From: Convolutriloba macropyga
Lineage: Eukaryota
Length of the DNA: 64,000 nucleotides
Direction of reading: 5' to 3'
Assembly: GCF_964194025.1 (NCBI RefSeq)
Contig: NC_134470.1
Location: 60,574,001 to 60,638,000 of the forward strand
Of this stretch, positions 11,708-23,400 are shown in pieces (positions within the stretch are counted from its first letter, which is position 1; the number at the start of each line of letters is the position of its first letter). The notes under the pieces are model-generated. The model ran no database searches and was not told the DNA's origin. It worked only from the letters and a program-made list of their open reading frames with translations. The position numbers and the translations under genes were made by a program.

Positions 11708-14700
11708 TTTTGTAACATTCGAAAGATCATTCCATCGTTATTTTGCCTGAACAGGCATTGAAGTGAAGCGTGGTCTGTTCTCAACACAAACTTTGTCCCC
11801 TAGGTATGGTTTGTATGACTTCATTGCCTGGATTACAGCTAGTGCCTCCCGCTTTGTTGTTGAAATTTTACATTCGGCTGGTGATAGCACTCTGCTTGCA
11901 AACGCTACCCGATACGCAATACCATCTATGACATTCGAGAGTACTGCGCTCAAACTGTTGTCAGTCGCGTCTGTATCTAGCACAAATGGTGAGCTGTAGT
12001 CTGGATGCGACAAAACCGTGCTCTTGATAATTGCTGTTTTCAGGTTCTCGAAAGCAGCTTGACAGTCCAGTGAATCTCCGGCTTTTTTAGGTGATCTCAT
12101 GTAGTGCTTTTGCTATCCCGGCAAAGTCCTTTACGAATCGACGATAGTAACTGCAGAATCCAATGAATGATCTCAGTTCTGTAATATTTTCTGGTCTTTT
12201 CCACTCTTTTGAGGGCTCTGATTTTTCCGACATCGGGTGAAAATCCTTCGGCACTGAGTTTTTACCTCAAGTACGTAACTGAGTTTTGGTATAATTTACA
12301 CTTCTGTGGCTGAAGATTCAGGTTTGCTTTCCGTAGGGCTTCAACAGCAAGTCGGAGATATTCTTCGTGTTCTTCCTCTGACTTGCTGAAGAATAGAACA
12401 ACGTCCAGAAATATGAGAACAAAACTGAAAAGGTACTCGTTAAAGATTGCTGTCATCAATCGTTGAATTGCACCTGGGGCATTTCACAGTCCAATTTGTA
12501 GTCGGAGGAACTCGTAATGACCACCGTCAGGGGTAACGAATGCAGGTTTTGTATCGCTGAATCTGCTAGTGGGACCTGCCAGTATCCGGAGGCTAGATCC
12601 AGGCTCGAGAAAACTTTAGCTCCGTGAAGATGATCAAGGATTAGATCTATTCTGGGTAATGGGAAAGCATCTTTTCTAGTTACGTCGTTGAGTTTTCTAA
12701 AGTCTACACATATTCTACTGCTGCCGTCTTTCTTTGTTTTAGTACAATTGGCGCTCTGTACGGGCTTTTAGATGGCCGGATGATATTCGTGAAGAGCATA
12801 TCATCTACTTCTTGTTTCACAACTTCTATCTTCCCGGGTGCTAATCGATAGGGAGAAAAATAAATTGGGTCAGCGTCTCCAGTATCAATCTCGTGCTCCA
12901 ACAAATGTGTCTGACCCAACTCGGCATCGCTTAGAGCTAACAGATCTCGAAAAGTGGCAACTGTACTCATTATCTTGAGTCCAATTTCGTGGTCTGTCGG
13001 GTCCGAATTTACCAGGTTGCAAATTTATTCCGCCTCGTTCTCTGATGCTGGCATGGGACAATTGTTTGTTCCTGTTTCTCCAGCTCCGTGGGATTGAAAC
13101 TCACTCGCCGCCTCGCCCACCTAGAGTTGGCTGCTTTTTCTGTTTTCCAGAGAAATGTCAAATTGAATGCACTGCTCTCTTTGCCCATCATTAGTTTTTG
13201 TAACATTCGAAAGATCATTCCATCGTTATTTTGCCTGAACAGGCATTGAAGTGAAGCGTGGTCTGTTCTCAACACAAACTTTGTCCCCTAGGTATGGTTT
13301 GTATGACTTCATTGCTTGGATTACAGCTAGTTAGCACTCTGCTTGCAAACGCCACCCGATACGCAATACCATCTATGACATTCGAGAGTACTGCGCTCAA
13401 ACTGTTGTCAGTCGCGTCTGTATCTAGCACAAATGGTGAGCTGTAGTCTGGATGCGGCAAAACCGTGCTCTCGATAATTGCTGTTTTCAGGTTCTCGAAA
13501 GCAGCTTGACAGCCCAGTGAATATCCGGCTCTTTTTTGTGATCTCATGTAGTGCTTTTGCTATCCCGGCAAAGTCCTTTACGAATCGACGATAGTAACTG
13601 CAGAATCCAATGAATGATCTCCGTTCTGTAATATTTTCTGGTCTTTTCCACTCTTTTGAGGGCTCTGATTTTTCCGACATCGGGTGAAAATCTTTCGGCA
13701 CTGAGTTTTTACCTCAAGTACGTAACTGAGTTTTGGTATAATTTGCACTTCTGTGGCTGAAGATTCAGGTTTGCTTTCCGTAGGGCTTCAACAGCAAGTC
13801 GGAGATATTCTTCGTATTCTTCCTCTGACTTGCTGAAGAATAGAACATCGTCCAGAAATATGAGAACAAAACTGAAAAGGTACTCGTTAAAGATTGCTGT
13901 CATCAATCGTTGAATTGCACCTGGGGCATTTCACAGTCCAATTTGTAGTCGGAGGAACTCGTAATGACCACCGTCAGGGGTAACGAATGCAGGTTTTGTA
14001 TCGCTGAATCTGCTAGTGGGACCTGCCAGTATCCGGAGGCTAGATCCAGGCTCGAGAAAACTTCAGCTCCGTGAAGATGATCAAGGATTAGATCGATTCT
14101 GGGTAATGGGAAAGCATCTTTTCTAGTTACCTCGTTGAGTTTTCTAAAGTCTACACATATTCTACGGCTGCCGTCTTTCTTTGTTTAAGTACAATTGTCG
14201 CTCTGTACGGGCTTTTAGATGGCCGGATGATATTCGTGGAGAGCATATCATCTACTTCTTGTTTCACTACTGCTATCTTCCCGGGTGCTAATCGATAGGG
14301 AGAAAAATAAATTGGGTCAGCGTCTCCAGTATCAATCTCGTGCTCCAACAAATGTGTCTGACCCAACTCGGCATCGCTTAGAGCTAACAGATCTCGAAAA
14401 GTGGCAACTGTACTCATTATCTTGAGTCCAATTTCGTGGTCTGTCGGGTCCGATTTTACCAGGTTGCAAATTTATTCCGCCTCGTTCTCTGATGCTGGCA
14501 TGGGACAATTGTTTGTTCCTGTTTCTCCAGCTCCGTGGGATTGAAACTCACTCTCCGCCTCGCACACCTAGAGTTGGCCGCTTTTTCTGTTTTCCAGAGA
14601 AATGTCAAATTGAATGCACTGCTTTCTTTGCCCATCATTAGTTTTTGTAACATTCGAAAGATCATTCCATCGTTATTTTGCCTGAACAGGCATTGAAGTG

Positions 14701-16085
14701 AAGCGTGGTCTGTTCTCAACACAAACTTTGTCCCCTAGGTATGGTTTGTATGACTTCATTGCTTGGATTACAGCTAGTTAGCACTCTGCTTGCAAACGCC
14801 ACCCGATACGCAATACCATCTATGACATTCGAGAGTACTGCGCTCAAACTGTTGTCAGTCGCGTCTGTATCTAGCACAAATGGTGAGCTGTAGTCTGGAT
14901 GCGACAAAACCGTGCTCTCGATAATTGCTGTTTTCAGGTTCTCGAAAGCAGCTTGACAGCCCAGTGAATATCCGGCTCTTTTTTGTGATCTCATGTAGTG
15001 CTTTTGCTATCCCGGCAAAGTCCTTTACGAATCGACGATAGTAGCTGCAGAATCCAATGAATGATCTCAGTTCTGTAATATTTTCTGGTCTTTTCCACTC
15101 TTTCAGGGCTCTGATTTTTCCGACATCGGGTGAAAATCCTTCAGCACTGAGTTTTTACCTCAAGTACGTAACTGAGTTTTGGTATAATTTGCACTTTTGT
15201 GGCTGAAGTTCAGGTTTGCTTTCCGTAGGGCTTCAACAGCAAGTCGGAGATATTCTTCGTGTTCTTTCTCTGACTTGCTGAAGAATAGAACAACGTCCAG
15301 AAATATGAGAACAAAACTGAAAAGGTACTCGTTAAAGATTGCTGTCATCAATCGTTGAATTGCACCTGGGGCATTTCACAATCCAATTTGTAGTCGGAGA
15401 ACTCGTAATGACCACCGTCAGGGGTAACGAATGCGGGTTTTGTATCGCTGAATCTGCTAGTGGGACCTGCCAGTATCCGGAGGCTAGATCCAGGCTCGAG
15501 AAAACTTCAGCTCCGTGAAGATGATCAAGGATTTGATCGATTCTGGGTAATGGGAAAGCATCTTTTCTAGTTACCTCGTTGAGTTTTCTAAAGTCTACAC
15601 ATATTCTACTGCTGCCGTCTTTCTTTGTTTAAGTACAATTGGCGCTCTGTACGGGCTTTTAGATGGCCGGATGATATTCGTGGAGAGCATATCATCTACT
15701 TCTTGTTTCACAACCGCTATCTTCCCGGGTGCTAATCGATAGGGAGAAAATTAAATTGGGTCAGCGTCTCCAGTATCAATCTCGTGCTCCAACAAATGTG
15801 TCTGAACCAACTCTGCATCGTTTAGAGCGAATAGATCTCGAAAAGTGGCAACTGTTCTCATTATCTTGAGTCCAGATTTGTGGTCTGTCGGGTCCGATTT
15901 TAACAGGTTGCAAATTTATTCCGCCTCGTCCTCTGATGTTGGCATGGGACAATTGTTTGTTCCTGTTTCTCCAGGTCCGTGGGATTGAAACTCTCTCTCC
16001 GCCTCGCAGACCTAGACTTGGCCGCGTTTTCTGTTTTCCAGAGAAATGTCAAATTGACTGTACTGCTTTCTTTGCCTATCATTAG
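11708..16085 (-). pseudogene. Gypsy RT-RNase H block present as three tandem copies (11708-13194, 13195-14641, 14642-16085)
   Basis: Each unit has [42 protein letters not shown](D/V)[44 protein letters not shown]. Period ~1447 bp, units near-identical. Confidence 0.95.
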
Positions 16086-16400
16086 TTGCCTTGACTGAAA
16101 GTCGATCGACATTTGATTTTACTGCAAAATAGGTGTTCATAAGATCAGCGGTAGGTCTGTGTCCGGTGTGACAAGAAATTCCGTCTGAACGACCATTCGC
16201 AGACCGAATGCAAGAATTCCGACGAACATTCCTAGAATGCGGAACGGGTCGTTTGTTGCAGATAAGACTGTATTGTGGAAGTCAGACAGTTACATTGGTG
16301 GTGAATAAAGTTTGTATATTTGCTCAGATATAATATTCATTTTACTGCCTGTGTCGGGCAGTGCCCTGTGCATCTTTACGTTTGGTTTTGCACCAACTTG
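16086..16400 (-). pseudogene. Gypsy aspartic protease
   Basis: HRALPDTGSKMNIISE (DTG active-site motif, ~16345-16360). Confidence 0.8.
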
Positions 16401-16479
16401 AACAGTAGATTTAAAAATGAAACTAGCATTCTCGATAATTGCACTGTTAAAGGTTTCATGTCGTTTTGCTCTCCGCAGT

Positions 16480-17496
16480 ATCATCTCAACAACTGGCTGT
16501 GTTTCGACGTTTCCATCGTCTTGTCTTCTTGGAGTAATGGTTCGTATCGGGCACCAACTTGCAGTGACACCAGTTCTGAAAATGATAGCATTGTACGTTG
16601 CTTTTCCGTTCAACTCTGTTAGGGCTGCGCGACGCTCTAGGTGCAGGATCAAGTTCTGTTAAAAACCGGCTCTGTGTATCTAAAAATCTCTCCATGATTT
16701 GCTTGTGACGTTCTTGCTGTTTCAACATTTTGTTGAAACCCCTGATCTGATTTTCCATTAAGTCGTCACCTAGTCCCATGCCCACATTCGTCGATAAATC
16801 TCGGATTTAGGCTTTTTCCATTTTCTTTGTAGTCGCCTTGCGTCCAACGTACGTGTCCTGTCCTTCTTGGTTGTTATCGGGCGTTTTCAACGTTAGCAAT
16901 TGCTTCGTGGTTTTTTTGAGCTATGGTTTTTTTGAGAGGGCTATGGTTTTTTTGAGGGGATGCATTGAAAGTGTCCTGATTTTTTTGGGAGGATATATCA
17001 TATCTCATTGTCCAACAATCTATAAATAAATGCGTCCCTATTTGCTTCTTGCCTTCCGGCTGCACTCAAACGGGCGTTTGCTGCTTCGACCCGTTTTTCG
17101 GACTCTTTGTGAGAACTCTTGTATGCTCTCCCCTTCATTTTGCTGGAAGTTCTTAGGCTCTGTACTGGCACTCCTTGCATTAGGAAAGTCTCAAATTTGG
17201 TTGTTGAGGGCATTGAGCACACGCTCGATGGTTGGTGCTGGTTTTCCTTGTACTCGATTGAAGTATTGATTCGGGAGGTTGTAGTTCTCGTCAAGTGCGT
17301 AGTTGTTCAAGCAAGTGGGGAGGACTGCTCGCTGCCTGGTGTCACCCCAATTGTTTGCCTAAGACACTGCTTCGAAATGGCGTATACATCACTCGAATTA
17401 CTCGAAGCCTTTGCTCGGATAACGTAAGGGAGTTAGAGGTGGAGCAGCCACTACGATTTGCTGCTGGGTGTTGTTGTTGTTGTTTGGGTTTTCCAT
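16480..17496 (-). pseudogene. gag: Gypsy gag
   Basis: ATG at 17496: MENPNNNNNTQQQ...RHFEAVS*ANNWGDTRQRAVLPTCLNNYALD (Gypsy-like capsid N-terminus). Frameshifted CCHC knuckle CYHxQ...TASWCP at ~16550-16590. Confidence 0.75.
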
Positions 17497-17950
17497 TTAA
17501 ATTGTGTTCACGTTAGGAAGGTTAGTTGATTTCTTTCTCAAAAAAGATGTTTACTTTAATGACTTTGTTTTTTCTCTTTCAAGAACCCCCCGGTCAGTGA
17601 TTTTTTTTTACTTTTACAAAAAAGACAAAGAAACAGAAGCTAGAAACTATAAATTAACAATTTGGATTCGCAGTATTTCAAACGTTAAAATTTCGTTTTA
17701 CTTTCAGAGGAATTGTCTTTAAATTAGAAGTCAGTTCTCTTTTTTATGGTTCTGATGTAAGCTATTTTGATTATGATCGGTCTTTCTTCTCTATTGTTTC
17801 GTAAGCAATCTCTTCCCTTTTTGTTCAAATTTTTTTTGAATTTTAACTGACGGTACGTTTGCCTTGCTCGCGTTCTTTGTTTTATATTTAAGTATTCTCC
17901 TTTTCGCTACCTTTTACAGTAATGCCTGTGACTTTTTCTAACAATAAATA

Positions 17951-17965
17951 CTTCTGTGGTTGCCA
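17951..17965 (-). promoter_or_regulatory. Primer-binding site of the Gypsy element (tRNA-Arg-like)
   Basis: On the minus strand the LTR ends ...CCACA, then T, then TGGCAACCACAGAAG, which is close to the complement of a ...CTTCGTGGTTG-CCA tRNA-Arg 3' end (recalled, not searched). Confidence 0.65.
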
Positions 17966-17966
17966 A

Positions 17967-19492
17967 TGTGGAATTTGAAAAACTGTGGTTGGGAGATTCC
18001 CTAATCAAATTCCAGCATTTTGTCGATACTTGAAAATTAAAAAAAACAGAGAACTTGAGTAGTGGTAACTTTGCAATCCTATTATCTTATGTATCAGAGA
18101 GGGTTATACCAGGCGATTCGGTTACTCCTAAGATTCAGATTGGAGGCAGCAGTATTTTTAAAACAGTAATGATAAAGTTGGATTCAGAGTTTTCTAGCCT
18201 CAACTAAGAGCTAAGTGTATGTAAAAAGAAAAACAATTATCAAATAGTTGGTACCGTGAGTGAGAAGTATACCAAATTCTCAATGAAACTAAGTTATACT
18301 ACGAGATCAATCTGTGACCCCAAAGACTACTCAAACTGAAAAAGATGAAGCGAAATTTGTCGTAGTTCACTCCACAACCCAACCACAGTAGTGTCAACTA
18401 CTTGAAAAAAGAACAAAAGTTCTATTGCCCATCAGGTAATTCAGGAATACTGTAGACAGTGTTACGTATCTGCTTGGTTCACCCATTCATACCACATGGG
18501 TTAGTCTTACTCGCCAAGTCATCCACGAGCAGGCAACCCTACCCCCCGAGTGGCTTCACTTTTTCGTTCTCCAAAGGAGCGCAGCGATTGATACTCTTAA
18601 AAACTCTCGTCTTGAAGGTTTCTGCTGTCACTCTCTTAATGTCCAAGTCCCGGGAGATCTTAAATTAACCTAATAGTCATTGATCTCTTTAAAACCACCT
18701 ATGTTCCTAAGTAGCTATAATATGTTTTGAATTAAAGCCAACTCTAACTTAAGAAAATACTAGACTTATAAATTAAAGATTGCAAAGTTACCACAGACCT
18801 TATTCCTAACTGAATCAAAGCTAGAGTCAAACCAAATGTATTCTAAAACAATTCTCCTAACTATTTTCTATTTTTCTATTCGATCTCTGAGTCTACACCG
18901 ACTCTATCGAATAATCCTAAGAACTTAGAAAAATCAAACTAATGAAAGATTATTACCGATGAGAAAAACAAAGGTTGTATAACAAGCAAGTAAATTTAGA
19001 ATCAGGGAATTGGGTTTAAAAAAGGCTAAAAAATTAGCCGTATTTATACTAGCTTATCTTTTTGTATCTTGAGAAAATTGAGTCCTGCGGGCTTAATTAA
19101 GCCTTATAATTTGAGAAAACACCTTTGAAGGGCTCTGAATGTGGCCTGATTTCTATGGGTTTTGTATATCCGTACATAAAATGTAAGGTCCGAAAAACGC
19201 TTTCCCGGACATTTGTTCATGCCTAAATATTCGTGTAATAATTTTAGTATACTTCCAAGGTGTTTCGTTTACTAAGATTATCAGGCCCGCATAATATCTT
19301 TGGTTTAAATTTAGTAACAACTTAGTTTGAGAGAATCAAATAAAATTTCTAATCGTGATCTGTACAAATAACTATGTTTCTCTTTGGTCTAATTTCGGTT
19401 TTGGTTTATAGGGTTCATCGAGAAAAAACAATAGTAAGTTCAAATTCCTCTAACTTTCGTTTTCTTTTAATTCTTAAGTTTCAATTTCTAAA
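17967..19492 (-). repeat. 5' LTR of the Gypsy element, also bordered by a second PPT (shared LTR)
   Basis: Starts TGTGGAATTTGAAAA and ends TTTCAATTTCTAAA. Homologous to 5472-6814 with many substitutions and an extra ~180 bp (~18718-18895). Confidence 0.85.
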
Positions 19493-20320
19493 CTTACCTC
19501 TCGGACTCAACTATTTTTCTTAATACTTATAATTCATCACAAGTCTTTAGCGCCAATTAGGTAAGTGGATTATGTGAGGAAACAAAACTAGAAGGGTATA
19601 AGAGATTACAAGGAAGTCACAACTCTCATTAAATTGCGGACGACTCTAGTTTGTTCTGCGCTTTGACTCAACAAAGCAATTCTGTTTGCTGTGTTGGGTG
19701 GTTGTCGTCCTCTGTTTTTTTTTATAGATTTCGCTCATATGAGGTCGTGCCCTCCGTTTGAAGCATAATTTTTTCCATTTCCAGAGTAAAATTGATGGGA
19801 TTGTGAAAAAAGCGATAACACATAAAAACAGTCCTAAGAAGCCTACCACATTATTAGCAGTTCCTCCAGCTGTGTTTTGCCTTGGCCGCCCATGAATGCT
19901 CCGATTCAAATCTCGTACGAAATTTTTGATCGTTGGGGTGTCTGTTCCAAACGGTGGTTTGCTTGTAGTTCGACTTTGACTTGTTCCATTACTTTTCTTT
20001 GGTAGTGCATTGTGGTACTTAGGGAACTCAGGTCGTGGTTTTCTGGTATCGGCGAGGTGAACGCTTCCTCAAGTAGAGGGTTGAGCCCTGCAGTCATAAC
20101 CAGCCCGGCTTCGTTCTGACAATTGTCTGTTGAGGGGCGGAGAACCAAGCCTCCATTAGATATTTCAGTTGTCCCGTTACAAGGAGGTTGTATGATGCAA
20201 CTTCGGCATCCGCTCAGTCTACGGCTCTTTAGGGTGTTATCTGTGATTTCAGTTATTCATTATTTTGTGATTGCTGACGAAATTAAAAATTTTGAATGCG
20301 CTGAATAGGTTGCGGTTGGA
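19493..20320 (-). mobile_element. Truncated second tandem Gypsy copy: degenerate PPT and env 3' end
   Basis: Collinear with 6815-7630, including TM and tail VVGFLGLFLCVIAFFTIPSILLWKWKKLCFKRR. Homology stops abruptly near 20320. Confidence 0.85.
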
Positions 20321-20358
20321 ATTATTGGAAGCTAAATTTTTATTAAGTTGATATATTC

Positions 20359-20424
20359 TTTGTGAATAGTCAATTCCGGATTTGTGAATAGTCAATTCCG
20401 GATTTGTGAATAGTCAATTCCGGA
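20359..20424. repeat. Perfect 22-bp tandem repeat x3
   Basis: TTTGTGAATAGTCAATTCCGGA three times head to tail. Confidence 0.95.
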
Positions 20425-23400
20425 AAATTTTGGTTGAAAATGACTTTGCAAAAATACTTACAAGGGTATTGACTATACTGCAATATCTTACCAGACAAAA
20501 GGTTTACTTGCAAGATTCATGCCAAGTTGGATCTCTTTGACTGTTTGCGGAAAAAATTCAACAGAAAAAAAACCCACTTTGTTTCTGATGGAAAATAAAC
20601 CCCCATGGAAATAAACCCCCACAGAAATAAATCGCAACGGAAATAAAAACCCCCAATTTACTATTAAAGAGCTAGGCATTGAGCGCTTTTGGCCATGCTT
20701 CGCGGGTCATGGCCTTGCCCTAGGGGGCTGTGGTACTTGATATGAATCTACCACAACCGAATAATTTATCACGACCAAAATTAAATTTTATTTCTGTAAT
20801 TTCTTTAGTTTTAAGAAGCAAATTGAATAAAAAATTAATAGCAAATCTGTTCAGTCTACTAGTCACATTTTGGTACTGGTTTTGTAAACGATACTGACAG
20901 AAATTAAGATCACCGTAGAATCATGGATCTTTGAATTATTCCTTTGCGTTTTTGGGATAGATACAATTACACCTTTCAAAGACATTTTTTTAAATAAAAT
21001 CTATCGTTTGAATTAAATCTTATGTCTTTTACAATTCTTTTCCTTTCATTTCTTTCTCTCATTTAGACTTAGTTTAGAAACAAACATTTTTGTACGTTTC
21101 ATTTTTCTTCAAAAATTCGGAAGTGCAATCATATTTGTCAGCTTAAAAAATTGAAAAATAGTCAGAAACACACTGATTGTCAAGTTGTTGATTAAGCTCG
21201 AAACTGTTCAGATATTTTGCTTCCTGGCAAGTTGAATCGCTGTGTTGCTAAATCTTGAAACATTTTGGAAGATATCTTCAAAATAACCGTTTGAAATCGA
21301 CTGAGCAATGTTGAGAAATTTTTAATGACACTTCGATTGAGTTTTTGCGTTTCAGACAATTGATTAAAATGAATTTTTTAAGTTTCTATTCTTTTTTCTT
21401 CAAAATCTCTTCTAGCAGGAGTGAATCGAATATCAGAGAAAAACTTTTCGTATCAGAATATTTTGATGATGTCAAAAATATTATATTTTCCCAGAAAAAA
21501 ACAGTTTTCAATCAAATTTGATTTTTCGAAAGGAGTGAACACATGGAATGAAGTCATATTGGAATGTATTATTTCACATCCTTAACGTAATACTCATTTG
21601 TCTTGAGAAATAATTAAATATCTGTATTTTTAATTTCTTGTTGACACTATAACAATGCAGCCCAATCAACTTGCAGTTGCTTATAAATTATTTATGGTGG
21701 AAATTGGAAACCATACACAACATTATCAATCAGTGGTGAGTGAGCTGATAAAGTCAATTTATGCAGAATCTTATAAAAGTTTCAAAAAATTTAAATATGC
21801 TTATTGTTTATATACTGAAATATTCATTGATTATTTCCTTTATCCTGTTTGCTTTTACAGCTTGGTAGTTTACTGTTATAAACACTTGTTCACATTTTTC
21901 AAAACCGATTAAAAATAATTTTAACTGTATTACAAACAAACTGTGTATGGTTTCCAATTTGCTAATTTTTATCGTTTTGATTTTGAGAGCCATGCAATTT
22001 TTCATTATATTCTTTCTCTTTTTATACTGAAATTGAGATGCTTAGCGAAACAGAGCAAAATGAACACAAGGATATGATTGTTTAGAGGTCAATCGAAGTT
22101 CGCGTCAGCCACTGAAAAAACAAGGAAGCCCGGCAAGCTATGAGAACCAATATCGGCTTTCATGATAAATTGCCTTCTTAACTACCATTAACTAAGTTAA
22201 AGCTAACTAAGTTGAAACAAAATAATATTAACCCGAATTGTTTTCACAAACAGGCAGCGTATGTTGTTATTTTAGTTCCATTATAACCCCCCTACCACTA
22301 ATCAATTTTCTCTACCTTCACATGTTTTTTTGTCTTAATCCAAACGAACCCAACATATACAGATCATAGACAGCTATACGTTATTTTTTAACTTTGATTT
22401 TAAAAAATTTAAATGAAATAATTTGATTGTTTTTCTTAATAACGATTGTTAAATAAATAGGTTAATGGAAAACATTAAAAAACATTCTAAGAGATTTATC
22501 AAAAATAACGAACTTTGACAAAACTTTAGTATAAAAAACTCAAAAAATGAGCGTCGATGATTTAATTTGATCACAAAACCTCTAACATCCGCCACTGCAC
22601 CGCAAAGATGTAAATGCACCAATTTATGGTATAGTTGGAGCTAGAATAGCTTTTGAGGGTATCGCCATTTTAAAATACTCATGCATGTGATCGAGTCATT
22701 CGACATTTTCTAAATTTGCTATATTTTTTGTATGTACAGTCTGATGATGAGAGGAAAGTGAAACATTCTGTGAAGTGTTGACAGAGAGTGTAAATGAGGC
22801 TGTGAAGAAGAGGGACAGACTGGGATGTTTCTTAATGGAGTCTGGGCAGACTGGCAAAAGTATTTATACTGATATTCGTCTGGTACAAAAATGGTTACAA
22901 TTGAAAGTCAATGGAACTACATTGAATTTTACAGCGACCAAGGTCCGGGTAATCAATTGAATAATAAACCGAATTCGGACAAAAATATTAACCTGAATCC
23001 AACTACTCTCTTTATTTTGAATGTAAAGAGAAGTTTGTATGGACAAGGGCTTCTTAGTTGAAGACATTCAGGTCCGCTAACCATGCAGAGGACAAGAATA
23101 ACAAAAATTTGAATCAAACAGAAGGAAAACAAATGTATCAAAAATGGCAAATAAGAATGAAAAAGTGAATAAATTTCAAATGTTCCCAGTGTATTGACTC
23201 CCACTCAAAATTCTAATTGAAAAAGATGGAAATCGAAAGTTTTGCTAATTCCAGCTCATGTTGTCAAGCTGACATTGGGAACGTGGCCACTGCCACAGGA
23301 CCATCTAAGATGTTTCCTGAGCATCTACTGCACGCTGCTATATACAAAGCCACCGACTAATCAAAACAAGCTATTTCAAGCATTAATAAACTGACAAATT

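Larger units (their letters stand above)
5472..19492 (-). mobile_element. env-bearing Ty3/Gypsy LTR retrotransposon (errantivirus-like), decayed
   Basis: LTRs at 5472-6814 and 17967-19492, PBS and PPT, and minus-strand order gag-PR-RT-RH-INT-env, all disrupted by stops and frameshifts. Confidence 0.92.

Noticed and set aside
20359-20424. CRISPR-like direct repeats
   Set aside because: The repeats are directly adjacent with no spacers, the context is eukaryotic, and there are no cas genes.
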